From a virus, in IMG/VR virus record IMGVR_UViG_3300045912_000261, positions 48,534 through 112,533 of that record: a DNA stretch of 64,000 bases, one strand, 5' to 3'. Made by a program: the position numbers and the translations under genes. The notes beneath the pieces were generated by a model. The model saw nothing but the letters and a program-made list of their open reading frames with translations, did no database searches and was not told the DNA's origin. Shown here one piece after another: positions 47,297 to 55,732 of the stretch (position 1 is the first letter of the stretch; the number at the start of each line of letters is the position of its first letter).

Positions 47297-47535
47297 CCAC
47301 ACCCACGCTCACCGTCGGTGAGTTCGCACACAACCGCCTCGAGGAGCTACTGGACGCCGAGCTCCAGCAGGCCGTGGGGGACGGCGACTCCTCCACGCTC
47401 GCGATGCACGCCCCTCGAGCAATCCGCGCAGTCGCCACGGAGATCACGGTGTGCTACGGCATCCCGTTCCCGCTGTCCATGCGCGACGCCGATGAGGCGT
47501 TCAGCACCGTGCTGGCCTCGTGGGGGATCCACTGA
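47293..47535 (+). CDS. Hypothetical protein
   Basis: AAGGAGG SD, GTGA overlap. Confidence 0.7.
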   Translation: MTTPTLTVGEFAHNRLEELLDAELQQAVGDGDSSTLAMHAPRAIRAVATEITVCYGIPFPLSMRDADEAFSTVLASWGIH

Positions 47536-47536
47536 C

Positions 47537-47608
47537 GTGGAGCTCATCCTCGCCCTGGCCGCCGCGGTCCTGCTGTACGGCATCGGCTCCATCATCCACG
47601 ACCTCTAG
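47537..47608 (+). CDS. 23-aa hydrophobic peptide
   Basis: MELILALAAAVLLYGIGSIIHDL, starts 1 nt after upstream stop. Confidence 0.45.
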   Translation: MELILALAAAVLLYGIGSIIHDL

Positions 47609-47782
47609 GGCCGGCTAGTTCCCCTGCCAAGCCGTAGAGTACCAAGATCCGGGTCTTGGGCCGAAAGGTACCGAGAAAGGTCCAAAGGTTCCAAGATCCG
47701 GATCTGGAGCCGTAAGGTTTCCAAGAGAAGCCGGGAGGGGATAGGAATCCGGAGGTTGCCACTGAATGTGATGTGGTTGTGT

Positions 47783-47816
47783 TTCTCCGGGGAATGAAGT
47801 CTGTTAGGTTGAAGTT
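47783..47816 (+). promoter_or_regulatory. Class-A upstream motif copy 3
   Basis: TTCTCCGGGGAATGAAGTCTGTTAGGTTGAAGTT. Confidence 0.55.
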
Positions 47817-47881
47817 GGATATTCGGGAAGTAGAGGATGTCCGCTTCAGTCCATAGGTACCTAGAGCTCAGGAGGCTCGAG

Positions 47882-48178
47882 ATGGCCAAGAAGAACGAGA
47901 AGATCGTCCTGACCTCCGAGGAGATCGCGCTGGCCAAGGCGCTGACCGAGGCCGCGAACGGCGAGAAGTCGTCCGTGATGCGGCACCTGTTCGGCCACGA
48001 GGGGTGGTCGCGGGGCAAGATCCGGGCGGCGCTGACGGTCGTGCACTTCGGGAAGCAGGACGTGGAGCCCGGGGTGCGGTTCCAGCACGTGTACAACGTG
48101 ACGAAGGGCATGGAGGCCGGGAAGCACAAGCCGGAGCTGGAGCTGCCGAAGGCGAAGGAGACGCCGACGGCCGCGTAG
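47882..48178 (+). CDS. Small HTH-like protein, paralog 1
   Basis: KS.VMR.L..EGWSRGKI...VRFQHVYNV; AGGAGG SD. Confidence 0.7.
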   Translation: MAKKNEKIVLTSEEIALAKALTEAANGEKSSVMRHLFGHEGWSRGKIRAALTVVHFGKQDVEPGVRFQHVYNVTKGMEAGKHKPELELPKAKETPTAA

Positions 48179-48251
48179 TCCGAAGGACCGACGGACGGAG
48201 GGGGACAAGGAGGTCCCCTTCCGTACACCAAGAACCCAGGAGGTTCTCAGC

Positions 48252-48503
48252 ATGCCGAAGATTCGCGAGCTGGTATCCACGGCGGCGAAGCGAGCCGTCG
48301 AGGACCTGGTGTTCGAGCAGAGGTTGCTCGAAGCCGGTGGCGAGGTCCGCACGATGACCGAGTCGCAGCTGATGCAGACGATCAGGGGCACGAAGGTGCC
48401 CCGAGCGTTCAGGATCGCAGCGGCACGGGAGATGCGCAGGCGCGACGATCGGGAGCGTGAGCTCAGGTCGCTCGAGACGCTGATGCGCACCAACGGACGA
48501 TAG
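48252..48503 (+). CDS. Hypothetical protein
   Basis: AGGAGG SD, 83 aa. Confidence 0.7.
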   Translation: MPKIRELVSTAAKRAVEDLVFEQRLLEAGGEVRTMTESQLMQTIRGTKVPRAFRIAAAREMRRRDDRERELRSLETLMRTNGR

Positions 48504-48551
48504 GTCGGGTGTCGGCTAGCCGCAGAGGCTAGAGACAAGCCGATCACGAAG

Positions 48552-48596
48552 CCGGGCGGTGGTCCCAAGGACGGGATCGCCGTCCGGTTTTTTTTT
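48552..48596 (+). terminator. Intrinsic terminator
   Basis: CCGGGCGGTGGTCCC/GGGATCGCCGTCCGG stem with G-U pairs, then T9. Confidence 0.85.
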
Positions 48597-48918
48597 GCCG
48601 CCCCGCTCCGCGGGAACACCTCGGGCGCGGCTTCGCCGCAGCGTAAAGCTTGCGCGATGTTGCTACACGGAGGCAGCAACGATCTCGCTACCAGCAGCCC
48701 GTCCGGGGCTCCGCCCCTCCCGGGAGCCGGCTAGGGCCCCCCAGTTTCTGCGCTTAGCACGGCCGATCCCAGTCCGCCCGGGCGCCTTCCCTAGGAACCT
48801 GGCCCGAGCCGCCCTGGACGCTGGGCCGGGCCCAGTCCGCCGCACTCGGTTCCCAGGACACAAGGTTATAGGACCCGATGGCCCGGGACAGTATCGGATC
48901 GATACGGTAGCCGAGTTC

Positions 48919-48969
48919 TTGAAATTTTTATGAAGCCCGTTGAAAGGCCCCTCTGGCACAAGATATACT
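48919..48969 (+). promoter_or_regulatory. Class-B sigma70-like promoter
   Basis: TTGAAA-N18-TATACT with two upstream phased TGAA. Confidence 0.8.
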
Positions 48970-49043
48970 ATAAGTACAAAATGAGAGAACACCCAACCAC
49001 ACGTACCAGTGTTCTCTCCCTACGTACCCAGGAGGTACTCACC

Positions 49044-49316
49044 ATGGCCGACAACACCGACACCAAGACCCCGGAGACCACCGAGACCCAGCGCGGCCCC
49101 GAGGTGTCCGAGAACGACATCCGCCACGCCGAGAAGCTGACCAAGGACGCGGGCGGGAAGAAGTCCCCGGTCATGCGCCAGCTGGCCGACGAGGGCTGGA
49201 GCACGGGCAAGATCGCCAAGGCGCTCACCGCCGTGCACTACCCCAACGGCGACAAGCAGGTGCGGTTCCAGCACGTCTACAACGTCCTCAACGGCCGGAA
49301 GCCCAAGGGGTCGTAG
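49044..49316 (+). CDS. Small HTH-like protein, paralog 2
   Basis: KSPVMRQLADEGWSTGKIAKAL...VRFQHVYNVL; AGGAGG SD. Confidence 0.75.
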   Translation: MADNTDTKTPETTETQRGPEVSENDIRHAEKLTKDAGGKKSPVMRQLADEGWSTGKIAKALTAVHYPNGDKQVRFQHVYNVLNGRKPKGS

Positions 49317-49324
49317 CACCACCC

Positions 49325-49367
49325 AGGGAGGAGGGTCCACGCCAGGGCTCTCCTCCCTTTCCTTTTT
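49325..49367 (+). terminator. Probable intrinsic terminator
   Basis: AGGGAGGAGGGTCC/GGGCTCTCCTCCCT stem then TTCCTTTTT. Confidence 0.6.
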
Positions 49368-49391
49368 CCACCCAGGCTCAGGAGGCCTAGA

Positions 49392-49613
49392 ATGAAGCCC
49401 AAGATCCTCATCTCGCGCGAGCGGACCGGCACGCACGAGTACATCGGCGGGCGGTCCTACAACGAGCTGGTCCGGTCGTTCATCTTCGAGGACCAGTGCC
49501 TGCGGACCAGCTACCACCGGTGCATGACTCCCGACGGCCTGCTGGAGACGCACGCGCTCCAGTCCCCGGACGGCGAGAACATCCTCGTCCACGCCCTGTA
49601 CCCGGAGGCCTAG
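49392..49613 (+). CDS. Hypothetical protein
   Basis: AGGAGG SD, GC3 bias. Confidence 0.7.
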   Translation: MKPKILISRERTGTHEYIGGRSYNELVRSFIFEDQCLRTSYHRCMTPDGLLETHALQSPDGENILVHALYPEA

Positions 49614-49789
49614 TGACCCCGGCCCAGTGCCAGATCCTCACGGATGAGCTCGAGCAGACCTTCCACATGACCCAGGTCCTGCTCGGTGCCGTGACGCGTG
49701 ACCTGTACATCATCCGTCACGACGGGACCCAACTGGTGGTGAGCCCTAGCGGCGACGTCCGTCCCAAGATCAACCGGCCCGAGGCCTAG
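49613..49789 (+). CDS. Hypothetical protein
   Basis: TAGTG overlap, GGAGG SD. Confidence 0.55.
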   Translation: MTPAQCQILTDELEQTFHMTQVLLGAVTRDLYIIRHDGTQLVVSPSGDVRPKINRPEA

Positions 49790-50071
49790 GACCTCAAGGT
49801 AACGCCTGGGTGCTAGGCCGAGGCCAACTGTGCCGTGCTAACGGCCCGAGCCGGGATCCTCGTGCCAGTACAAAGGGACCTTGAGCTCGGCGTAGCCCGG
49901 GCGGCCCGCTCCTACCGGTATCAAGTAAGAGGCCCACAAGGCCCATGGACCAGGACCAGGCCCACTGTCCAAACCTAGAAGGCCAGGGTTATCCCACTCC
50001 CGTCCTGTGCACTACCTGTCCGGGCCCATATGAGTACCTGCGTGGTCGTGGTCGGCCCAGGCCCCGTCTCC

Positions 50072-50223
50072 TTCTTGTGCCTTGAGTGATTTCTTTCTTG
50101 TGCCTTGAGTGATTTCTTTCTTGTGCCTTAAGTAGGTTCTTTCTTGTGCCTTACTGATTTCTTGTGCCTCGAGTAGGTACTTCTTGTGCCTTGTCTTGTG
50201 TTCTGAGTAGGTTCTTGTGCCTT
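50072..50223. repeat. Iteron-like tandem repeats (TTCTTGTGCCT)
   Basis: About 8 copies, first four at 23-bp period. Confidence 0.85.
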
Positions 50224-50256
50224 GGGTAGTTCCCCTCCCGTACTTGTTACGGGTAA

Positions 50257-50307
50257 TGAAATTTCTATGATGACCCCTTGAAGCCCACTTAAGGCCTAAG
50301 TTATAAT
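50257..50307 (+). promoter_or_regulatory. Class-B promoter
   Basis: TTGAAG-N18-TATAAT with upstream TGAAATT and TGA. Confidence 0.8.
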
Positions 50308-50349
50308 ATAGTTACAAAAATTTCTCAAAGCCCCGATAGGAGGGCCGCC

Positions 50350-50757
50350 ATGAACGGACCGACACGACCGACACAACCGACACAACCGGAACGACACTAC
50401 CCCGCCAAGCTCAACCAGGAGTACGCCCGTACCTACACCGACTGGGAGGCCGTCCTCGGCAGCGGACAAGCCTGGGCCGACAGGATCATGAGCGTACTCG
50501 GGAACAAGCCTCTACTACTCAGGGACGACGAGATGCCCCTGCTCCAGCCGGCACTGGACATCACCATGATCCAGATGACCGACGTCGGCCCCGATGAGGT
50601 CACTGACGCGGACATCCTCGTCACGTTCCACACCGTCTGGAACATGCTCACGACTGAGTACTTCGTCGCGAGCGGGGGCAAGTGGACCACGAGGCTGGAC
50701 GAGAGCGGCCGAAAGGTCCTCACCGGATTCAACCACCCCGAGATGACGAAGGAGTAA
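50350..50757 (+). CDS. Hypothetical protein
   Basis: AGGAGG SD after promoter. Confidence 0.7.
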   Translation: MNGPTRPTQPTQPERHYPAKLNQEYARTYTDWEAVLGSGQAWADRIMSVLGNKPLLLRDDEMPLLQPALDITMIQMTDVGPDEVTDADILVTFHTVWNMLTTEYFVASGGKWTTRLDESGRKVLTGFNHPEMTKE

Positions 50758-50762
50758 CGGCC

Positions 50763-50990
50763 ATGGACAGGAGACTGGACAGTCGAGAGATCCACGACCG
50801 GATCATCCGCGCCCTCCAGAACGAGTTTCCCACCCTGGAGATCTACGAGGACGGGATGTTCACGGACGAGTCCGGGGCGCGCCTCCAGATCCCAACCGAT
50901 CTCCCCGGGGGCGGAGACTACGTCCTGGTCGAGGTGTTCTACCAGGCGGCCACCGGCCCCTGGAGCACCCGCCGATTCGAAGAGGGGTAG
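50763..50990 (+). CDS. Hypothetical protein
   Basis: AAGGAG SD, operon packing. Confidence 0.65.
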   Translation: MDRRLDSREIHDRIIRALQNEFPTLEIYEDGMFTDESGARLQIPTDLPGGGDYVLVEVFYQAATGPWSTRRFEEG

Positions 50991-50992
50991 GC

Positions 50993-51244
50993 ATGAGCCA
51001 AGGTCCAAGGGTCGTCCACGACGTCCTCGACTTCTCCGGGCCAGTGGCCTTCAACCAAGTCCAAAAGGGGGCCTATCAGCCCATCTGTCCGTGGTGCGCC
51101 TCGGACGTGGGAGGGCCTGTTGAGGCCACTACCTATGGAGACCTGTACGAACTACTCTTCGACAGGATCGTACCCCACGTGATGAACAGCCAGTGCAGGG
51201 ACGCCCTGAAGATGGCCGTCACCATCCACAGGAAGGAGGACTAG
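50993..51244 (+). CDS. Hypothetical protein (CPWC)
   Basis: Operon packing. Confidence 0.65.
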   Translation: MSQGPRVVHDVLDFSGPVAFNQVQKGAYQPICPWCASDVGGPVEATTYGDLYELLFDRIVPHVMNSQCRDALKMAVTIHRKED

Positions 51245-51245
51245 C

Positions 51246-51506
51246 ATGAGCGAGGACAGGCTCCTGAAGGTCAAAGTGTACTACGATGACGGATCCGTCC
51301 AGGAGGGCGGCTTCGTCATGAACATCCCCGCGAGCGACAAGTACTGGACCAAAGGGTCACCGCACCCATTCCAGGCACGCCAGTTCACTGTGGTATGGAT
51401 CCCGTTCCACTGGAAGGCCCCCCATGACGAGGAGGCCGGCTACCTGGACATCGTCCCCAGCAAGGACGTGGAACTCATCCGTGACAAGGAGGAGACCAAT
51501 GGCTGA
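51246..51506 (+). CDS. Hypothetical protein
   Basis: AGGAGG SD. Confidence 0.65.
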   Translation: MSEDRLLKVKVYYDDGSVQEGGFVMNIPASDKYWTKGSPHPFQARQFTVVWIPFHWKAPHDEEAGYLDIVPSKDVELIRDKEETNG

Positions 51507-51663
51507 CCTGTGTCTCGCGCCCAAGGACGAACTGATCAAGCTCAGGGCCATCCTTGGCCTCACCATGAGCACCAACTGGTGTCCCAAGGTGACCGAGATC
51601 GTCGATGACTCCATCGCCGACTACGACGAGGTCAACCCCAAGGGCACCGACGACGCCTTCTAG
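51499..51663 (+). CDS. Hypothetical protein
   Basis: AAGGAGG SD. Confidence 0.6.
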   Translation: MADLCLAPKDELIKLRAILGLTMSTNWCPKVTEIVDDSIADYDEVNPKGTDDAF

Positions 51664-51674
51664 GAGGTAACAAG

Positions 51675-51890
51675 ATGGTCAGGGAAACAGCCCTGCGCAG
51701 GATGCAGGACGCCGTGTACCGAAAGGAAACGTCGGTGACGACGGAGTACGGCCGTCACGGGATCCAGTACGGTGAGGACGAGGAGGGGAACGAGTACGGC
51801 CTCGTCGGACTGAACCTGCCCGAAGGGTTCTACGCCGAGATCGATGGCGAGACCTACGGCGCCCTTCAGGGCATCCGAATCTACCGCTGA
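51675..51890 (+). CDS. Hypothetical protein
   Basis: AGGAGGT SD. Confidence 0.65.
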   Translation: MVRETALRRMQDAVYRKETSVTTEYGRHGIQYGEDEEGNEYGLVGLNLPEGFYAEIDGETYGALQGIRIYR

Positions 51891-51906
51891 CAAGGGAGAA
51901 GCTGGC

Positions 51907-52149
51907 ATGTACACACAGGCCACAGTCTTGGAGCAGCTCAGGCGAGCAGCCGAAGCCCGGAAGGAGACCCGTCAGGAGTTCCTACAGGCCATCCAGGAGA
52001 TCGAGCCCCGGTGGGAGTCCCTGGCGGACGCGGAGGAGTCCAGGAACATCGAGGTCCAGGCCCTCCTCCAGAGGTACGCCTCGAGGGACCTCGACCACGC
52101 CTACGAGATCGCCGACCTCGCCGAGACCCTACTGAACAAGGAGGACTGA
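51907..52149 (+). CDS. Hypothetical helical protein
   Basis: GGAG SD, operon packing. Confidence 0.6.
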   Translation: MYTQATVLEQLRRAAEARKETRQEFLQAIQEIEPRWESLADAEESRNIEVQALLQRYASRDLDHAYEIADLAETLLNKED

Positions 52150-52150
52150 C

Positions 52151-52396
52151 ATGAACACCCGAGGACCAGAGTACGCCATCGTACGATTCGAGGATGAGCA
52201 CCTAGCCGGAGAGGTTCTCATGGGTGGGCTCACCGTCTGGGTCCCCACAGTGAACCAAGAGATCAGGATCACCGAGGACCGTCTCAGGCAGGACGTGATC
52301 CAACTGTTCCACGACCGTAAGAACAGGGATCTGGCCCTCAGGCTGGAGAACGAAATGCTCGAGCACCAGATGCTCGTGGAGGTCATGAGCAGCTAG
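52151..52396 (+). CDS. Hypothetical protein
   Basis: AGGAGG SD. Confidence 0.65.
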   Translation: MNTRGPEYAIVRFEDEHLAGEVLMGGLTVWVPTVNQEIRITEDRLRQDVIQLFHDRKNRDLALRLENEMLEHQMLVEVMSS

Positions 52397-52408
52397 GACA
52401 CCTAGCAG

Positions 52409-52456
52409 CCCGGCACCGGAGTCTACCGCTAGCAACTCGGGCACCGGAGTCTACCG
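52409..52456 (+). repeat. Dispersed motif, tandem pair (CGG(G)CACCGGAGTCTACC)
   Basis: Two copies at operon end, just before a promoter. Confidence 0.8.
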
Positions 52457-52465
52457 GCACGAGTT

Positions 52466-52517
52466 TTGAAGTTTTCATGAGGGCCACTAGAAAGCCCATC
52501 GGTGCCCACGATATAAT
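52466..52517 (+). promoter_or_regulatory. Class-B promoter
   Basis: TAGAAA-N18-TATAAT, upstream TTGAAG. Confidence 0.75.
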
Positions 52518-52558
52518 AGTATCATCACAAAAACTCTGGACTCAGGAGGTCCGCCGAG

Positions 52559-52909
52559 GTGGCATTCAGCCGGCACGACAAGCTCTACGTGGTCATCTCA
52601 GTCAACGACGAGGGCCTTCGGGATGCCCTGATCACAAGGGCACCCAACATGCGCGAGGCCATCAAGAACATCAACCTCTACCCGTTCGTCTGGCCCGCGG
52701 ACTGGGATGACCCGGACACCCCTTACGAGAAGGCTCTCGACAGGGTAGTGGCCTACTACGGAGGCCCCGAAGGGGACTTGAAGAAGGCCTCCTATGAGGG
52801 CAACTTCGTGGACGGGGACTCCTCCTGCCAGAACGTCCTGATCGAGATCGACCCCCGTTACCACGACCTTCGTACGTACCCGAAGACCCAACTGGAAGGA
52901 GGTGTCTGA
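52559..52909 (+). CDS. Hypothetical protein
   Basis: SD plus promoter, operon packing. Confidence 0.65.
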   Translation: MAFSRHDKLYVVISVNDEGLRDALITRAPNMREAIKNINLYPFVWPADWDDPDTPYEKALDRVVAYYGGPEGDLKKASYEGNFVDGDSSCQNVLIEIDPRYHDLRTYPKTQLEGGV

Positions 52910-53139
52910 TGAACCAGTCAGAGCCCACGTGTCTCGAGTTGCACAGAGGTGACTGCGAGGGCAAGGTGGAGTACCACCACAACCCCGACCGGGATGACTT
53001 CAAGACCTTTCCACGGTGCGAGAAGCACCAAGCCCGGCGTCTGGAGCAGGCCCAAGGAAACATGGTGTACCGGAGCCCTGCGCCACCTCCGTGGTTCGAC
53101 GAGGGCTACGCCGGTGAGCGTTGGGAGGAGGACTACTGA
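52909..53139 (+). CDS. Hypothetical Cys/His protein
   Basis: AAGGAGGT SD; C...C.G.V...RCEKH. Confidence 0.65.
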   Translation: MNQSEPTCLELHRGDCEGKVEYHHNPDRDDFKTFPRCEKHQARRLEQAQGNMVYRSPAPPPWFDEGYAGERWEEDY

Positions 53140-53366
53140 TGGGCGAAGAGGGCGAGATCTGGATCGTCGAGTACTACCCCGACACGGACACCTGGGTGAG
53201 ATACGGACCCTCTTCCACGGAGGAGGCGTCCAATGCCCTACTGGCCTCCCTGATGGAGACGGCCGTCGAGTCCGGCAAGATGGACGCCGTCCGTGTGGGG
53301 AAGTTCATAGTGGGTCCCGGTGAGGATCCGGTCGAGAAGGCCAAGAGCCAGGGAATGGGAGGTTAG
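53139..53366 (+). CDS. Hypothetical protein
   Basis: TGATG overlap, GGAGG SD. Confidence 0.6.
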   Translation: MGEEGEIWIVEYYPDTDTWVRYGPSSTEEASNALLASLMETAVESGKMDAVRVGKFIVGPGEDPVEKAKSQGMGG

Positions 53367-53373
53367 ACCGACC

Positions 53374-53538
53374 ATGGTAACCTACGATGGACCACTCTGC
53401 AGGGTCGAAGGCTGTGGCAAGCCCACGGTCGTCGCCCACATCGGTGCGCCCGGCTACGGAACGGTGCGGGTCTGCGAGGCCGGCCACCGGGAGGAGCTGA
53501 CCCCGGCCGGTGAGCTGGAGGTGCACCATGTGCTATGA
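53374..53538 (+). CDS. Small zinc-ribbon-like protein
   Basis: CRVEGC...C..GH; GGAGGT SD. Confidence 0.55.
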   Translation: MVTYDGPLCRVEGCGKPTVVAHIGAPGYGTVRVCEAGHREELTPAGELEVHHVL

Positions 53539-53767
53539 CAAGCTCACCTGGGACGACATTCAACGCATGGAGGATGGTCGTCCACCTCGTCCGCTGACGT
53601 TCACTGGGGAGTGGCTCAACGAGCACTTCCCCAACGGGATGGACGAGGACGACATCGCCGTGATGAACATGGTGATGGAGAAGGACATGATCAACCGAGG
53701 GCTGTGCCCCTGCTGCGGCCAGCCCCGGGAGACGGAGACGGAGACGGAGGAGTACGATGATGACTGA
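53528..53767 (+). CDS. Hypothetical protein (CPCC)
   Basis: GGAGGT SD. Confidence 0.6.
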   Translation: MCYDKLTWDDIQRMEDGRPPRPLTFTGEWLNEHFPNGMDEDDIAVMNMVMEKDMINRGLCPCCGQPRETETETEEYDDD

Positions 53768-54149
53768 GACACCTACCACGCTGAAGCCCGTGTCCGGGAA
53801 GAGCCTCCTGACCTACCTGGAGGACACCAAGGAGTACGACCACGAACGGGGTCACTTCTGGATTGTCTTCACCCCGTACGAGCAGCGTCTGGTCGAGCCA
53901 ACACCCGAAAGGGGGCCGGTCTGGGCGCTCCACTTCGAGCTGTCCATGTACCGGTGGGAGATCCTCATGGGTGCCCTCGGGGATCTGGCCAAGCGGGAGG
54001 AGGTCACGCCCACCGAGATCCTGCACCGAATCCTGTGCGTGCGGGACGAGGTCAGGTGCCACCAGCCCTCTGACTGGGTCATGTACGTGGCGCAGCAGGT
54101 CCTCATCCTCTACCACGAGCTGGCCACCGGCCGGGAAAGGAAGCTGTAG
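53757..54149 (+). CDS. Hypothetical protein
   Basis: GGAGG SD, operon packing. Confidence 0.65.
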   Translation: MMTETPTTLKPVSGKSLLTYLEDTKEYDHERGHFWIVFTPYEQRLVEPTPERGPVWALHFELSMYRWEILMGALGDLAKREEVTPTEILHRILCVRDEVRCHQPSDWVMYVAQQVLILYHELATGRERKL

Positions 54150-54451
54150 TGGGACAGAAGGAACTGGACGAGTACCGTCGGCAGGAGAGGGAGGAGAGCC
54201 TGAGGATCATGCAGACCCCTCCCGGGTGGTTCATGTGGCCCGTCCTCCCCGTCAAGAGGCGGAAGCCCGATGGGGGCTGGCCCGACTTGGGGATCATGAT
54301 CGACGTCGACGAGCACCGCCACAAGGTGTTCCGTGTGGGGCTGTACTCACTGAAGAAGAACGTCCCACTGGAGGAACAGCTCCACGGCATCGAGGTGGAT
54401 CGCTACGAGAGCCTGGAAGAGGTCATCGAGGCCGGCTGGGTCGTCGACTAG
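54149..54451 (+). CDS. Conserved-looking phage protein (W..WPVLPVKR...Y.SLEE...AGWVVD)
   Basis: TAGTG overlap; motif recognisable from small phage proteins of unknown function. Confidence 0.65.
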   Translation: MGQKELDEYRRQEREESLRIMQTPPGWFMWPVLPVKRRKPDGGWPDLGIMIDVDEHRHKVFRVGLYSLKKNVPLEEQLHGIEVDRYESLEEVIEAGWVVD

Positions 54452-54453
54452 CT

Positions 54454-54504
54454 GACTCGGGCACACTATCCTACCGCCTGACGACTCGGGCACCGGAGTC
54501 TACC
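54454..54504 (+). repeat. Dispersed motif, tandem pair
   Basis: GACTCGGGCACACTATCCTACC and GACTCGGGCACCGGAGTCTACC. Confidence 0.8.
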
Positions 54505-54507
54505 ACA

Positions 54508-54582
54508 ATGGACGTCATCTGGTTCCCCTTGACCATCATCGCCCTGCTCCTGTTCTGGCGGGCCGGCTCTAAGGAGGTCTAG
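54508..54582 (+). CDS. 24-aa hydrophobic peptide
   Basis: MDVIWFPLTIIALLLFWRAGSKEV; GGAG inside the motif could serve as SD. Confidence 0.45.
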   Translation: MDVIWFPLTIIALLLFWRAGSKEV

Positions 54583-54785
54583 CCCTGGAGTAGTCACCAC
54601 GTGTGCCGACCCCGCGTTGGTGGGGAGGAAAAACAGGCTATCCATCGTGCGGGCGAAGCCCCTAGGAGGGCCAGCGATCAGGTGCCAGCTAGGGTGGTCC
54701 AGGCCAAAGCTCCGGCACGAACATTGAGGCCCCAGCCGTCTAAGGTCGCCTGCCTCCTAGGGGTGGAGGGGTGGTAGGCATGGTG

Positions 54786-54836
54786 TTGAAGATTTTTTGA
54801 AACCCCTTGAAATGCCTAGAGGGACCGCTCTATAAT
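54786..54836 (+). promoter_or_regulatory. Class-B promoter
   Basis: TTGAAA-N18-TATAAT with TTGAAG and TTGAAA upstream. Confidence 0.8.
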
Positions 54837-54872
54837 AGTATCATCAGAAAACTTCTGGCCTCAGGAGGGCCT

Positions 54873-55184
54873 GTGTCCAAGGCACACTCTGTACGCTTCG
54901 ACGAAGAGCTCCCGGGAGGGATAGCCCGCTGCGACTACCAGAGTTGCGGTGGGGAGCTCGGTCACGACCACATCCTGTACAACAGTAACGGCACGGACGC
55001 AATGCACTACCTGGTGTGCCTCAACAAGCCTGACCTGCACCGCTTCCACCTCATTGGAAGCACAGGAGCCTTGCTCCGCGCCTCCCGGGGAAGATGGGGT
55101 TGGGGTGCGTTGTGGAGGTACCCTCTGCGCGAGAAGTCAGGGTTCCCCAGTGGAACCGAGATCCGCCCGGAAAGGCGAAAGTAA
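54873..55184 (+). CDS. Hypothetical Cys/His-rich protein
   Basis: AGGAGG SD, GTG start. Confidence 0.6.
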   Translation: MSKAHSVRFDEELPGGIARCDYQSCGGELGHDHILYNSNGTDAMHYLVCLNKPDLHRFHLIGSTGALLRASRGRWGWGALWRYPLREKSGFPSGTEIRPERRK

Positions 55185-55531
55185 TGCAGGCCAGTCAGAT
55201 GATGATCGACGCCCTAGTCGGCACGGTCGGGATGAAGCCCTCCCCGGAGGACCAGGAGGCTCTCAAGCCGGTCGGGGACCTCTTGGCGGAGATGCTCGTC
55301 TCCCACGCGGTCTTCGTGTCCAAGCTCGCTCCGGCCTTAGAGGGGAGCCTCGACAAGATCGACAAGGGCAAGAACTCCAGCCAGCTCCTGGCAGCTGGCC
55401 TATCGAGGATGGCGGAATGCTTCGAGGAGGGCCTCACCTCGATCAGGCTCCTACTGGTGCTGCTCGGTGAGGACCTGGAGGAGATCGACCGGCTCATCGA
55501 CGCCGGCCGAGAGGGTGGGGAGGCAGCCTAG
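55184..55531 (+). CDS. Hypothetical helical protein
   Basis: TAATG overlap. Confidence 0.6.
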   Translation: MQASQMMIDALVGTVGMKPSPEDQEALKPVGDLLAEMLVSHAVFVSKLAPALEGSLDKIDKGKNSSQLLAAGLSRMAECFEEGLTSIRLLLVLLGEDLEEIDRLIDAGREGGEAA

Positions 55532-55732
55532 ATGGAGTTGAGCCAGCACGAGAAGAGGCTCATCAAGGAGCTGCTCGAAGCCGAAGTAAGGACCATTCAG
55601 GGCCGCATTCACGATGCACGACTGCCTGATGGGCCGCCTCGGGAGCTGCTCCATAGGCTCGTGCACGCCCAGCTCGCTTTGGCCAAGTTCCAAGTGGACC
55701 TAGAAGAGAAGCCCGATGCCCTTGATCGTTGA
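55532..55732 (+). CDS. Hypothetical protein
   Basis: GGAGG SD. Confidence 0.6.
   Translation: MELSQHEKRLIKELLEAEVRTIQGRIHDARLPDGPPRELLHRLVHAQLALAKFQVDLEEKPDALDR

Noticed and set aside
49790-49900. Self-cleaving ribozyme (HDV-like/twister)
   Set aside because: Some stems (CTCAAGGT/ACCTTGAG, GCCGT/ACGGC) but the pseudoknot core could not be assembled by eye; needs Infernal.
50072-50223. CRISPR array
   Set aside because: Intervening sequences are short and near-identical, not unique spacers.
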